From Babesia bigemina (lineage: Eukaryota), in NCBI RefSeq assembly GCF_000981445.1, contig NC_027218.1, forward strand, positions 744,001-808,000: 64,000 nt of DNA, read 5' to 3'. Below, piece after piece: positions 12,201 to 24,100 of this stretch. Made by a program: the position numbers and the translations under genes. A model generated the notes under the pieces. The model was not told where the DNA came from. It was given only the letters and a program-made list of their open reading frames with translations, and did no database searches. The number at the start of each line of letters is the position of its first letter. Position 1 is the first letter of the stretch.

Positions 12201-15200
12201 TCGTTGAACACGTCGATAATGAAGGACAGTTGCGTCCGTGTCAACTTGAGTATCCACGCGTCAGAATCGATACCCAGTTCCAGCATGCCGCCGCCGATGT
12301 AGCAGACGGCAAGATCCGTTGACTGGAGGACCTTCCCCATCACATCGGTGGATCCGTCCGTTTGCTCGATGATGGATGCCCGCGTGCCCAGCATTTTGAG
12401 GTATATGGTGGACTTCCTGGAAATGTCGTCGCGCTGGGTGTACCCGTTGCGAAAGTACAGGTGCCCCAACTCGAACAGCAGGTATGAGCCGAAGTACCAA
12501 GTATCCACGATTCCGCTTAAGCGTTTTGCCATTTGGGCACAGAACTCATCGCCGGTGTCGATCGGCACGCATATGCGCGCTGCGCTGGAGCGTGTTACGT
12601 TATTGGGTAGTGTGGAACCAGGAGCCACATGGTCCTTGCTCGCAGTGGGCAGTATCGCCTTGTTCTCCGGAATCAAAAAGCACGGCGACGCCACTGAGAA
12701 ACTGTAGAACATGTGCGTCGATGCGGCAACCTGTACGACCTTGTGGTACGACCTCGAGATGAAGACACTCAATATACCGTCATCCAGGTAGTCCATAAGC
12801 CTCACAATATCCTGCTGGAAATAGACGAACACGATACGTTCCAAAGCGCCTCTCATACACATGGAGTAGGGCACGCCCAGTTTGGCGCTGTCATACATTT
12901 TCCAGCGCAGGGTCATGAGAGGCTTGTCAGCGGTCGGTGGCTCGTCCGTATTTGACCCCTCTTCCAGCGTCTTGGTGTCAGTGTATGACAAAAGACACCG
13001 GCCGCCGTACGTCAGCTTCCCGGTGCGGATCTCCAGATTCGATATGGACTCCCCGTTGCCGTACTTCAAGAGCTTGTACCCGATGCCACTAACACTCAGG
13101 CGAGCTTCCACCTGACTGTCCGCATTCCAGAATACAACAGCTGCGCCCTTGATTGAGACCGTGATCAACGCCTTGTGCTCGTGCCGTTCCTCCTCCGACA
13201 GCAGCGTCGGAAGTTCCTTCAGGTCTATGTTGCAGTCTTCAACCTCCCGCCACACATAGCCATCGGTGGGGTATGCTACAGTTTCGCCCCGTATTAGCGC
13301 CGAGTTGAACCTGTACATGGCTTCCGTGTCCGAAGCCACTGATGACATTTCTTCGCCCACACTCGAAGAGGAGGCCCGTTCATCAGACAGTAGTTGCGTC
13401 GTTGCAAAGCCAACCTTTTCAGCATTGCCACCACTCGCATCTACTGCCTTAAGGATGGGCGTGCTGGTCTCAGAACCACTCGCGACGCCAATCGTCATCG
13501 ACCCTGCGTCTTCAGCTGGCAAATCGGCCTCCTGCGTTTTGTCGTGTTCATTGAGCACCTTGGCCATGTACAGCTGCTTGTAGTCTTCGATGGTGTCGAT
13601 GATCAATTTGACGCTGGAGTGCTGCCAATTGCCCTCCATCTCCGTTATGGTGGCATTAATGCGGTACTGGCACGACTCGTTTCTGGTTACTTCAACCTGC
13701 AGCGACTTCGCCGTCTCTTCCAGCGCGTCCTCGAACTCGTTGTCGTCGTCCTCGTTGAACCACGCAGAACGCCCGACCGGCATTGTGTCGAGATGGGTGA
13801 AGAAGAGCGGCATGTCCATGGCGGGGTTCGACACCATGACCCGCTCCAGCCCCAGCACAGCACGGAAGCTGCTCCGTGACAACTCCAGCTCCAGGGACAC
13901 ATTGTGCACCTCCAACCTGAAGACGTCGCATCCGTCAGTGTTCGAGACGGAGAAACCGGAGTGCCGGAATATGATCATGGCCTTGAGGTTGAAGGGTATT
14001 TTGTCGAAGGTCTTCTTCGTCGGCTCAACCTCAACCGCCGGCTTCACCTCGCGGTCACGGCGCAATGACGCCCTGGCTCCCATCAGGCACGCCGCGATCT
14101 CCGCCAGCACGCACGAGACAACCGCGGTGTCCAATGGCGTGCTCTGCATGAAGAGCTCCTCGAATATGATGTCTACGTTAAGGTTATGAGCCACGAGGTC
14201 GCAATCGTAGTGTATCTTGACTGGCAGCGGTCTCAGGAAGTTGTACCACTGCGTCTGGCCGGAGTTTTTGCGTAGACAGCTCACCTGCGTTTCCTTCAAC
14301 TCGATGGTGCCTGACATGTTGGACAACGGACACGGGCCGTTGCTCTTCAGATTGAGCGTACCGAAACGCACGTTCATGCGGTCGCCTTCGCCGTTGTACA
14401 ACATCAGGATGGGCGCCGCAAACTTGATGTCAAATGCGAAGAGCGCAGGCAGGTGGTCGACTGCCATGCGAGCCGCATTGCGCTCCGCAGCCCACATCTC
14501 GTCATCGACGGAGGACACCATGCTGATGTTGTCCAGCGCCGCGCCCGGCGTTTTGCAGGCATCGACAACACTCGGGGGTATCGTGTATGTGGTGCGTCTT
14601 GTGGCATTGGGCTGGATGTAGACCAGCATCTCGATGAACTCCGATATCACCACGGGTATGAGGTGCGTCTCCATGGGCTTGAGCTCGCCAGTCACCATCA
14701 GGAGATTGCCCTGGTTGGTGACCTTATGCACCACGCGCAAATCTATAGCGAAGCTGTCTGCGACTGGTGCCGGCTCGTACTGGGCGTCATAAACGTCCGC
14801 CTCTTCATCTGTCGATGAGACGTCCTCCGACTTGATGAACGCCATGATAACCTTGTTTTTGTAGCGCACGTCGAACGAGTCCAAATTCACGTAGAGGTAC
14901 GCGTTGTATGTGTCGCGGTCACTGGTGTCAACGGCCGCATTCAGGTACACCTGCAGCTGTAGGTTTCCCGTCGACACTGAGAGCGAGTCGTTTGGCGAGC
15001 CAGTCAGCCCGCCAACATCCACCACGAAATCGAAGTGAGGCAACGCGCACTCGAAGTAGTAGTTGCTGGTGGCCATTGAATCTTCGAACATCTCACCAAG
15101 CGCCATGGCGTCCATGAGCTGCTCCACCTCCTCGCCCGTCAACACAAGCCCGCCTGGAAGGCACTCCACTTGATCGGCGCCCTTGACAGCGGCGCCTTCG

Positions 15201-17041
15201 ACATACTCCGGGTACATGGCACTACTCGGCAACTCCGTGGACGTCGAATCCACGAAAACTGGTGCACCGTCACGATGCTCATTAGGGGCATCCGAAAGCA
15301 TTACGTCTCCCGGGTTCATCGTATCTCTAGCCGATACCGGGGGGTTTTCAGAATCACTGGAAATCGACCTCTGCAGTCCACCCTCCGCAATTGCAGGCAC
15401 GTCTCCAGCAACAATAACGTCATTCGTGTCCCCTCCTGCATCAGTCGGCGGTTCATCAGAAGCTTGAGCACCCTGGGCATCCGCGCCAGGAGGCGTGTCT
15501 TCAACCGCATTAGGCGTGGCAGTAGTTTGTTTCTTGCTCGACGACGAGAGTCCTCTGAGCCAGCCGAACCAGGTGGTGGTCGTGGCCGCCGGTGAAGTCG
15601 GACCAGGTTCGCTGGACTCCTTTGCTGGAGCCTTGTTGGCGGAATCGGCCGCAGCAGCCCCCGCAGTTAGCTTGTGAGCCGCGAAACGCCAGCGAGCCAG
15701 GTGCCGAGCGGAGACGACGTCGGTGAGAATGGCCAGCCGCTCTTCCTCCAGGGGGGAGAGCTGTTCGCCACCTGAGTGTAGTGCGTTTAGCTTTTTGGCG
15801 TATAACGTGATATACTCCGTCCTAGTAATCCCCTTCATGCCCTCGGGTGTCTGATCCACGGTGTACGCCTTTTCCATTAGCAACCGCTCGCTGCGCTCAT
15901 GCTCGCTCACGAAGTCGTTCCACATGGCCACGAACGCTCGAAGGCTCTCCACTGACAGCACCACGCGCAGCGAGTCGGGTACAGACGAATCCGCACCGTC
16001 CGAGGAGTCCTGAGCACCGACGCTCAGTGACGCGAATATCGACTTGTTCTTCACATTGATCGCTAGGAACAGACGGAAGGAAAGCTTGTCCAACAAGAAG
16101 TTGCAATCCAGCTTGCCCGTCGAGAACTTCTGCAGCATGGTTTCAGCTCGCTGCGTTTGACTTGGACTTGCGATGCCCTGCGCATCACCCGTTGGCTGCT
16201 GTACGTCATCGACGCTCGGCGACTCCGTGTCGGCCGAGCCACCTGCGGGATCAGCCTCGAAGGGCGTATCGAAACGTTTGTAATCGTCATCGACATCGTT
16301 TTCGCAGCTATCCACTGTGCCTGCGGCACCCTCCACTGCCCTGTCACGTCTGCTACTTTCGGCATCACTCTCCTCCGCGCCATCCGAGTCCTTAGTGGCG
16401 CGTTCGTATATGGAAAACCCGAGCAGCGAGCACACGTGCGTCACCCGTTCCTCCTTGACGGTGTCGCTGGTGTCGACCTTCAGCACGTCCTTGCCGTCCT
16501 CCTTGCGGAACTTGCGCACCGAGATGGAGTCGATGATGAACCCGAAGGCATGCTGCGTGTCCGAGCAGTGCAGGTGTATGTTTGTGAAGTCGATCTGTAT
16601 GTTGTTGAGTACCTTCTGCGATAGCCTTATGAGGTACGATGACGTGGAATTGCCCCTCTGGTTCAGGCTGTTGAGGAACGCGCTGTACTCATTCTCTAGC
16701 ACGCCGATCAGCTTTTCCTTGGCCAATCGCACGTAGCTGCGCAGCTCCTCGTCCGTCTTGTTCCGCTCGATCCCGCCGATGCAGACGTATATCGAGTCGA
16801 CGAGTACCTTGACGGGCGTCGCCCCGAGGCTGGCCCATGGTATGGTAAGGCTCAGGCGTCCGATCTTGCCGAAGTGCACATCGAAGGGCAGGGCGAGCTT
16901 CTCGGTGATGTCGGTCTTGAGCGTGAGGTTCTCGAGGACGATGTTGCCCGACCAGACCGCCAGTTGCAGGTTTTGCGTGATCCCGTCCACATACGGCGCG
17001 AGGTATGTGTCCAGGAGCCTCTTGACCAGCCCCTCGAACAT
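6242..17041 (-). CDS. VPS13: Vacuolar protein sorting 13 (chorein family bridge-like lipid transfer protein), 3599 aa single ORF
   Basis: Chorein-N start MFEGLVKRLLDTYLAPYVDGITQNLQLAVWSGNIVLENLTLK; YFNAIIGDWEPCLE motif; C-terminal ATG2_C-like GFMSLTNIVTKPIEGAQKGGMGGFIRGLGKGLAG followed by a PH-like tail. Confidence 0.96.
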   Translation of the reverse strand: MFEGLVKRLLDTYLAPYVDGITQNLQLAVWSGNIVLENLTLKTDITEKLALPFDVHFGKIGRLSLTIPWASLGATPVKVLVDSIYVCIGGIERNKTDEELRSYVRLAKEKLIGVLENEYSAFLNSLNQRGNSTSSYLIRLSQKVLNNIQIDFTNIHLHCSDTQHAFGFIIDSISVRKFRKEDGKDVLKVDTSDTVKEERVTHVCSLLGFSIYERATKDSDGAEESDAESSRRDRAVEGAAGTVDSCENDVDDDYKRFDTPFEADPAGGSADTESPSVDDVQQPTGDAQGIASPSQTQRAETMLQKFSTGKLDCNFLLDKLSFRLFLAINVKNKSIFASLSVGAQDSSDGADSSVPDSLRVVLSVESLRAFVAMWNDFVSEHERSERLLMEKAYTVDQTPEGMKGITRTEYITLYAKKLNALHSGGEQLSPLEEERLAILTDVVSARHLARWRFAAHKLTAGAAAADSANKAPAKESSEPGPTSPAATTTTWFGWLRGLSSSSKKQTTATPNAVEDTPPGADAQGAQASDEPPTDAGGDTNDVIVAGDVPAIAEGGLQRSISSDSENPPVSARDTMNPGDVMLSDAPNEHRDGAPVFVDSTSTELPSSAMYPEYVEGAAVKGADQVECLPGGLVLTGEEVEQLMDAMALGEMFEDSMATSNYYFECALPHFDFVVDVGGLTGSPNDSLSVSTGNLQLQVYLNAAVDTSDRDTYNAYLYVNLDSFDVRYKNKVIMAFIKSEDVSSTDEEADVYDAQYEPAPVADSFAIDLRVVHKVTNQGNLLMVTGELKPMETHLIPVVISEFIEMLVYIQPNATRRTTYTIPPSVVDACKTPGAALDNISMVSSVDDEMWAAERNAARMAVDHLPALFAFDIKFAAPILMLYNGEGDRMNVRFGTLNLKSNGPCPLSNMSGTIELKETQVSCLRKNSGQTQWYNFLRPLPVKIHYDCDLVAHNLNVDIIFEELFMQSTPLDTAVVSCVLAEIAACLMGARASLRRDREVKPAVEVEPTKKTFDKIPFNLKAMIIFRHSGFSVSNTDGCDVFRLEVHNVSLELELSRSSFRAVLGLERVMVSNPAMDMPLFFTHLDTMPVGRSAWFNEDDDNEFEDALEETAKSLQVEVTRNESCQYRINATITEMEGNWQHSSVKLIIDTIEDYKQLYMAKVLNEHDKTQEADLPAEDAGSMTIGVASGSETSTPILKAVDASGGNAEKVGFATTQLLSDERASSSSVGEEMSSVASDTEAMYRFNSALIRGETVAYPTDGYVWREVEDCNIDLKELPTLLSEEERHEHKALITVSIKGAAVVFWNADSQVEARLSVSGIGYKLLKYGNGESISNLEIRTGKLTYGGRCLLSYTDTKTLEEGSNTDEPPTADKPLMTLRWKMYDSAKLGVPYSMCMRGALERIVFVYFQQDIVRLMDYLDDGILSVFISRSYHKVVQVAASTHMFYSFSVASPCFLIPENKAILPTASKDHVAPGSTLPNNVTRSSAARICVPIDTGDEFCAQMAKRLSGIVDTWYFGSYLLFELGHLYFRNGYTQRDDISRKSTIYLKMLGTRASIIEQTDGSTDVMGKVLQSTDLAVCYIGGGMLELGIDSDAWILKLTRTQLSFIIDVFNENICGSSYKTRSHVNVSSSAKPPFRCGIRLSLNRFEFDTLFSPEKPLASLKFDGITVCLNFGVDTVRMTSCYQFGLCGKTLTVDDERPNSVNVHRRLINCFVHDGDAACADLDDDARAMEPSVTRLLHNWLRQYKNSTGHDFFSNASSADIYGIKVVVVNENNQTGVDCMVANADISLLCIHAMDLLRYFTLSYSSSSMALCPKQSHSTQTVSNAKIYTFNFKATNGKFIAFTRMDSTSYPQLELSTDFFLEMTMQNGSFNFLKVDVLGCKLERVYPVTAKRQVLCSCLEVYGSGQYVSQPQGYKMFFNFTIPPSNLTLYTKDLSVILAAVTAVLTDGPSAAPPRDESDTAGDGAGTPGRFLSVSFNIKGIKVTFFDDMRKCLIPMMRLSVASENIEYMSLPIEKRYTVVRCSTRLEYFNAIIGDWEPCLERCNCSLEYTNNIGTDRNRRRQGRVLRPGSEDEWKDFIPNKVLKISSAHNILINITPSLCQLLLWFIPMLTNNIQRGLVYTDTVEEEADPQVENSAYRYVNLTGHDYYVFALQSTGDSTGGIKGLRVVEKSCVPQELDSVVSFVSTDNSSSACIYVIACPPPAQVTEICNELGIENREPIARDLMVTRNAAKTRANMVHSKSYLPSSYAVPFENGTVAAMVPLARNCCVSLKCPIEDLAGTYNKNTLICEVKSPHPSHKLLMFTSTVRVYNRSGMPLLLCFLDQKMNVMSVSSLKTRGAPISILDKGGPAGDEFGETTTVHFPESNVNYLRLQQEEVGYTMLLEHNHFGSVPECVFQGPAHAVMSFLPAPLAMNRPFMEAFFDRAKRQDASRTEAWMKLSNTSGWSKLIDSSRHLGTRVRQCYCPGFTKSSFLYYVVSVVKRKSAFPANVEMRDIVIYPALSVMNTLPMEIDVCFGANDRVTEDNASSSKKAGNYIEESLTLLRESITHIYSLPPNESLSFMAKICYSGSNVWSDRVTKIYGTSETHTMLNLPIKGMAPVEVELIRYPGGLPASSTSFQGHLSLIINAPWWFIDRTGLGISFQKRLPRAVMRGLSFLSSENQDDTLHLCVNRKAIDKVESNVRMPAVGGYAYTIVESGGKRHSVCLVTEKISISGLSNHVTCRITSAIPSFVFINNLKTPISIRKDSRTPHIVVEPGQNVAVPWVLSKTVADPASVVSNVAPIEFKTSDEAQWSSPIIPSESHSGKTYMCVKQDKSNKPLVFCISVVPKGGTKYCSIAYPQCNNEGFVLCNQCPYIKAAMVRTFHQGGDSGSKGNGVYFTAKYGQTVHFGWQQPFLNKTRLCQVMLWLDKNTVAPIKPLVINIGSPAFRYRQVEVTTPEYASNHAVLVSAENRGDYIAIDIKPSGQYLEVARTLNTHRSENTASTSSQPESGSLSRSRNSENGDNTPDHRHAGDPRGPLDLDTEILKNSEGILESNESEYDVGTDTRSMQIQVQLSQIGLSLVSHNLHEELFFLEMSTVSFVSLFNGDHQRLELRISDIQIDNQAEEKHADEDQCSTILVNRRKTSGQEHQRHFLQIYVDRPFASCKDLCLKKVFIALDDLEVDISDVLLTRVYNFYKECMKCMGNWGPQEKIDLRTIDSWVQKESQEKLSSLEKNPVPPRTLVLDFLFIERFNLVLWCSFDLEKLHMLGDLMRVGLRIICVSRHFELMGAPLQFQQENFCNSRGSIRSFYEEIKDKYVHAALSCIGSLLGYSSLLNIPKIPINVGRNTLEFAAEAVDSVSSGIGSLLSKFTFDNEYINKRQRDRMNKPSGNMRDSIVSAGKSIGEGFMSLTNIVTKPIEGAQKGGMGGFIRGLGKGLAGSIVKPIDKVGQAVSHVSRTIKVNMSRQLDGQRWSAEPCRWPRMLWGEYSQLKPYSLSDAEIKQQLGHKFSKHIVHCETVSKHSHPPSHIALLFYPSKVYYVDLKPKPTILWKASIADIQECRASCYGVIIRVSDTTLQVPCTNAGIVYSIFVALQNAKRQSKSSIVIGPELFESYK

Positions 17042-18162
17042 TGTGGCTCACCCGGCTGAGACAACGCGTTCTATCCCGTGGCAGCCAATCCTCCGGCTGC
17101 TCGTGCCAGTGAAGCGTCCGTCGGCGCTCGGATTCCCATGGATGCCGGCCCGCAAAATAAAGCAGCGCCGCACGGCAGGGCCTCCGTTGCCCTTGGAGTT
17201 CATACAACAGCGCGTCCAGTCCTAGACCGACCCGCCGTATTATCGTAATTATACACAGTTTTAATTTTTGAATGCATACATAACTACTGTGGCCCCGGCC
17301 GGCTCCCAGACGCTTGTACGCCAGGCGCCGATACGACCACTACGGGATCCGTGAATCTTAACAGCGGACTAAAAATACGCGTTTGAATGCACCTAATGTA
17401 CACCATCGCGTGCCACTGTGTTTGAGCTGCTGGTGGATTAGATTGGCGCCACCAGAGGCGGTCTGGCCGATAAACCTAAATGGCGTTACTCCGGAGCATA
17501 ACTGCGGATTTGCACTCAGCGAGCGCCATTGTTACGATGTGTAGTTACATTTAGCGGAGGTGTGTACGGAATTCGCCGCTCCGCGTGGACTAGACATGTA
17601 TCTCGCATGGTCAGGGTACCAGCTACACATGCGGCTCACGGGCGCTATTTCGCGCAACGCTAAGTCACGTGGGACCGTCCTACCACGGACCAACGAACTT
17701 CCCGCGGAGCTGCGGCCCCGTTGACGATCAGAGCGGTTTGTGGCTCGGGACACATGGTACACATAGCAAGGCCGCTCTCCGTGAGCACCCCGCCGGGCAC
17801 ACATACGCGTGATACCGCGGGAGTGGATTCCGGTGAGCAACAAATGGGCTCTAAACTGCCTGTGCAGGCGTGGTTGCGGGCAGCGTAGCGGTAGATTCCT
17901 ATGATGGGGTCGGCCCCCCTAGGGTGTCTGAGGAAGGTCATTGGACGTAACCGTGCCAGGGTGACGGCGCCGTGTCACTTCGCGGGCAATTTTCAGGCCG
18001 TATTCTGGCCGCGATCCCAGAGTCTACAATCGTTGATTTACGACGATCGACCCGCAGTCACGAGCCCTGCCAAGCCGGTGACGTGGCACACGTATTCACG
18101 CGAAGGAGGCGACACATCGCACGTTGACCGCCTTTGATGCTCTGTCTGACCTTGTTAACAAC

Positions 18163-21100
18163 ATGGCGGATAGGTTTGACGACGACATTGTAGCCGGCTC
18201 CGGCGCCGCCAAGTATGGTGCGGACGGAGATGTTGTGCGGGAGAAAGCGCCTGCCGCCGCCGCTTCTACTGATGAACACATACCGGCAGGTCTGTCCCAC
18301 GGCGAGCGTGCGCAGGGGGCGGATGCCATCAGCGGCATGGACTACGGCTCGCTCGGTGTGCTTAATGTGGAATGCGTCAAGAGCCTCGGAAGCGACCCCG
18401 ACGTGCCGCTGAAGGACAGAATCAGGCTTTGGCACGCCATGTGTCCCACTGACTTCCTCAACCTTTTGGGCAGCTCTGGCGCCAAGGAGAGCTGCTGCGT
18501 CATCCACGCCGAGTCGCTGATCGTGCATGTCGTCTGCAGCGCTGAGAAGGAGGGCAACGTCCTGCTGGACTTCGCGAAGGGCCCGCAGACCCTGCAGCTC
18601 ATTTACCGCGTTGAACGCATTTTGAGCCAGATCGTGAGATGCGGCGGGACGTTCGAGCTGGTGTTCTTCGACGTCTTCAAGCAGCTGTTCGACCCGACCT
18701 ACTGCCATGCAGCTGATGGCGAGGATGAGGAAGAGCAAGCGCAGTTCTTCGACGGCTATTTGCTTTTGCGGGAGTTGCTGCTGACGCACGCGAAACTCAA
18801 CAACATCCCGCACTTCGTCTTCCGGGATTGGTACGACAAGGACTGGATCGACCATGTCAACCACTGCGACCCGTCGTGCGTATTGGTCGAGGAGGGGTCC
18901 TCGTTCCTCTACAAGCATCGCACAGTCTATGAACTGGTGGACACCACGACCACTGGGGAACTCAACGAGCAGAACGGTGAAGTCGTGGAGGAGTTCCAGG
19001 TCCAGCAGCGGTACATCGACAGGTTCACGTTTGCGGCACACGCGTTGGTGATGCACAGCCTGTCTATGAACGTGTCGGTCGCTTACTTGTTCGAGATCGG
19101 GCCTTTTGCGCACAACTTCAAGGCGTTCACCTCGTTCCCCAGCAACTGCACTCCGCCGCCAGCTCTGTTAGAAGAGGTGGAGGCGCAGTTCCGCGCCGAA
19201 TACCCATATCGCAGCGTACAGGATGGCGCGGCACAGGACGAGGAGGACGCCGTTGTGCCCGAACTCATAGAGGAGCTCGCTGGTCTGGGCGTGGAGCCGC
19301 GGCTACGGCAATTGGTTGCGTGCAACTACCTGAAGAGTTTCACGGCGATGAAGCAGGAGGCGGGTGATGACTTGGACGAGGAGACCGCCCTGTATATCGA
19401 CAGCTGCCTGCTGACATTCAAGGTCCTGCTGCTGCACAACTACCTTTTGGACGTGCTTCCGCTGGAGAGCAGGTGCACCCGCCGAATCGACGCCGAAAAT
19501 TGGGAGTTCTTCACCACCTACGTCGCGGCGACCCTGGACCTCATGGCGTCGACCACCGTGCCCGTGTTCAACGGAATCGCGAAGAATCTCGGCAAAATGG
19601 GCGACTCTAAGAGGGATGTGGCCGACCTGTTCGACGGCAACCTGTTCACTTCCATTTTGCACTGCATGGCTGTGTACGCGAAGGACCACGGCAACAAGGT
19701 GGATGGCGCATTCATCAGTTTGGATAAGGACCTCTCTGCGAGCATGGACAAGATGTACGGGCACTTCTCCGGAAACCTTAATGACACCGTTTTCCCTATC
19801 GACTTGGCTCCATTCGCCGACGTGGGCATTTATGACTGCCTCGAGGCCGACTCTGGCGTTTCCGACGCCGATAACGTCGACACCGATGTGCTCAACGTCG
19901 ACAACCAGTTCGTTAACATGTACTTCGGTTTGAACGCATTCCGAGACAAGGTCAAATTCTACAACGGCGACAACTCCAACCTGCTCACGACCTTTGCTGG
20001 CACCAACTGGAGGGACCCCGCGCTGGTGTCGGAGAAATTGGAGTGCATAGACTACTTCTTCAAAGTCGAGAAGCCGGACAAGTTCGCGAATATGCCTAAA
20101 CGCACGCAAAGGCAGGAGCAGCGGAGTATGCAGCGGCAGACGGCGTTCTCTCACTTGCTGTCGAGGTACATGGGATCTAACAACCTGCACCACCCGATCG
20201 TGCCCAAACTCGACCACCCGTGGTTGGATGTCAAACAGAAGGCTCTTGAGGAGAGCGAGCAAACGAAAGACGAGCCAACTGCGGATGCACGCGCGGGCGC
20301 TAAGCCCGGCAAGAAGGAGAAGCACGGAAAGGAGGCGAAGAAGGAAAAGGCGCCCAAGGTGAAAACGTCCGCCAAAGCGGAATTGTTGAAGCAAAAGCAC
20401 ACGGCCGCGCAGGAAAGCAAAGGCAGGGAAGCCGACATGAAGACCCTGGACCGATATTCTGGTAGACTTGTTTCCCTGTTCTCTCCTGAGCACGACTTCG
20501 ACGTTATCTACACGAACATCCTCGAGCACACCGCAGGTCCGAACCGCGCTGTGGACCTCACGGATGACTTTAAGTGGCTCAAAAGCGTTATCAACACCAA
20601 GGCCATCCAGTTGCAGTTTGTGATAAAGATGATCGAGACGCTGTTGCGAACCTTCGAGGGTTACCGCATGCGTGCCCTGAACCGAAGGGGCGCGAGGGCG
20701 TCGCTCAGGCGCACCATCTGCATCACCTTGCGGCTCATACACGACTGCTTCAAGGAATACAAAACTTTGATCGACGGTCCGGGAATAAGCCTTTTGCAGA
20801 GGTTCCTTATAAGGCTCGGCATGCCGGTGAGTGCCCGCAACCTGTTCGAGGCGTGGCTCAAGATCCACGACGACAAGAAGAATAAGAAGTTCAAAGTTGA
20901 AAGCGAGGAAGCGTTTGACTATGCGATTCCAAAGGGCATGGAGTTCGAGTTCCAGGTCGCGTATATGGGCGACCTCATGGAACGCACCCTGGGCTCCACG
21001 GAGGACCCTAGGGTGCTGTTCAAACCTGACGCCTGGCAGAAATTGCTGCTGGATGCCGTCGATGCCCGGGAGTCTGCGCTGGTGGTGGCGCCCACGTCCA

Positions 21101-24100
21101 CCGGTAAAACGTACATCTGTTACTACGCCATGGAACAGGGACTGAGGCTGGATGACGAGGGCATCGTCATCTACGTGTCACCGAACACTGCGCTGGCCAT
21201 CCAGGTCACGTACGAAATTACGGCCAGGTTCTCGTCGAAGAACTACACGACACACTCGTGCGCCGCGGTCCTCAGCGCGACCTTCCTGGAGAAGTTCCAC
21301 GACCCCAAGTGGAACTGCGCGCAGATTCTGGTGACGGTTCCGGCCATCCTTGAGCAGCTGCTCATTTCTATGAGGACCAGCGAACTGGGTTACGCCAAGC
21401 GAATCGAGTACATAATTTTGGACGAAATCCACTGTGTGTCGGATGAGGAAATCGGGCCGTTCCTCGAGCGTATCATTCACCTCAGTGCGGCCCCGTTCTT
21501 GGCGCTGTCTGCCACTGTGGGTAACCCGATGCAGTTCCACTCGTGGCTGTCTAAGGTGGAGACGGTTCGCATGAACACTAAAAATGCGAAGGTGCACTAC
21601 ATTTACTTCGACGAACGGTTTTCTGACCTCAAGCTGGAGTTCTACTCCAATAAGCACCTGGTGCCGCTCAACCCCGCCACCTGCCTGTCGTACGACAACG
21701 TGAAGACCAGCGGGTTCCCCAAGGACCTCTACCTGATGCCGAAGGACCTGATGGTATTGCGCAGATGCACCACCGCCGTCATGGGCAACCGGTGCCCCGA
21801 CCTTGACTACCTGGACCCGGCAGTCTACTTCAGTGGTACCCCGATGATCACGAAGAGGCAGTACCGGTACTGGCTGCAGACCTACATAACCGAGTTCACG
21901 AGGCAGGTCCAAAGCGGCGTGATCGGTGAGGATGACTTCCGTAACATCATGGACAACCTGAAGTCGGTGAACACATCGGTGTCTCCGGCTGACGCAAAAG
22001 CCGCGGTCGACGACACCACTGAGGGGATTTTCCGACTGTACCCCTCGTTGAAGCCGCTGCAGCCCAAGCATAGCGTAGGCAGCAATGCGTCAGATGCCAA
22101 CGGTGACGCCAACGCGGAGTCCTCCAGCAGGAGCCAAGGATCGGCGCTTCAATCAAGCATCACCGAGTCGCGCGACTATTTGGACCCGGCTGAATCGCTG
22201 GCGTTGCTTGACACTTTGGAACAGACCAAGAGGTTGCCGTGCCTCGGCTTCACGTTTGACCGTAACCACATGGAGCACATGCTGATATCGATGACGCAGC
22301 TGCTGAAACGTCGGCAGTGGGAGAAGTACTACGGCACCCCCGAAGCCAGGGCGTGGACCAACGCCGAGAACAAGCGTCGCATGGACCACTACCAGATGCT
22401 GATGCGGCAGTACGAAGCCGAAACTAAGATGCGTGGCGCCAGCCGCGAACAAAAGGAGGAGCAGGGTATCGGCGGCAAGGTCGAGGAGTTCATCGAGCTG
22501 CCTGAGGAGCCGGTTGACGTCGCTGAGGACTATGACCCCGAGTTCAATTATTACAATCGCAAGATTTATGTTAACTACACTGAGGAGGTGGAAAACTTCA
22601 TCAAGATCGCGGCCGCGTCGATCAGCGGGAGGAAGAATGTGGACATTTTCATCGAGGCCATGCGGCGCGGTATCGGCATCCACCACGAGGGTCTGCCGCA
22701 CAAGTTCACGATGCTGACGGAAACGCTGTTTAGGATGGGCTTCTTGAGGGTATTGCTATCCGGTCGCAGTCTGGCGTTCGGTATCAACGTGCCTTGTAAG
22801 AGTGTCGTCTTCATGGGCGACAACCATGAGCTCAACCCGCTCATGTACAAGCAAATGAGTGGTCGTTGTGGTCGTCGTGGTTTCGATCTTTCAGGCCACG
22901 TCATTTTCTGGGGCATTCCGATGAAACGTGTACGGCAGCTGTTGACTGCCCAACTCGCCAATCTGTGTGGGTATGCCTCCTGCAGCCCCACTGAGTCGCT
23001 GGCGACGTTGTCCGCCTTCAACAGTCTGCTGGTGTCCGTCAGGTCGAGGCCGCCGCAGCAGCACAGCAAGGGCAAGATATCCACCACTGACGCGCGCGTT
23101 CGCAAGAACGAGGTTATAGCAAGGAGCCGTGATGCGGTTGTGAACCCGCGCACCGTGGTGAAGCGGCTGGCATCGATATTCATGCACCCGCTTAAGCCTC
23201 AATCCGACTTCAGTGACGACGAGGTTCTTATATTCCGTGCGTGCGTGGAAACGTTGTTCAAGCTCGGCTTCATAGATTCCAACGGGCTCGTTCGCGGCTG
23301 CTGCGAGCTCGCGATGCTCACCAGGGAGGCCCACCCCACCAACCTATTCGTTGCGCACCTAGCGCAGAGGGGCAAACTGCACGAGCTGGCTGGTAGGGGT
23401 GAAGCGGATTCCGCCGACAAGCTCATGGATATAATCTCCAAATTCGCGTACAAACGTAAGCAGCTCGGGACTACGATCACCCTGAGGCGGCTTCTTCCGC
23501 AGCGGGTGCGCTGCGGTGACAGGTACACGGCAAAGCTTGTGTCCAACCTTGATGTGCGTAACAAAGAGGGCAGCGTGGGGGTGGAGCTGCTTTATCCAGA
23601 CTCCTTCCCTCTGTTGCCCGCAACCGCAGGCGAACTCCGCAAGATGATCGACGAGTACAACGCCATGGTGCTGGGCGTCCTATCGAAGTACCAGGCGCAC
23701 CTGAAACCCATGGAAGCCAAGCTGCCGCTGTCCAACGTGGACTTCCGTTGCACATCGCAGGACGCGCCCAGCTGGTTCACTGAGAGGAGGCGTGGCATGC
23801 AGTTCAGCAGCCTGTATTCCCCGTTCGTTGCTATAAACGGCATCAAGGGCCGCTTCAACACCGCCCGCGAGCTGTGGCTTGGCACTCGCGCGTCATCTGA
23901 AATCACCCTGGATATGGTGCCGACCATCGAGTCCTTCGAGATCGACGTCGTGCAGCTGGACCCTCACTACAACGTGCTCAAGCAGCTTGCGATGTCGCTC
24001 GACAACTCTTACGTCATTGACTACTGGAGTCACGGCCGCTTCTCACTGGCGCGTGACGCCAACGGTCTCGGCCAGTACGCGTGGTTCCACCTGAGGAAGA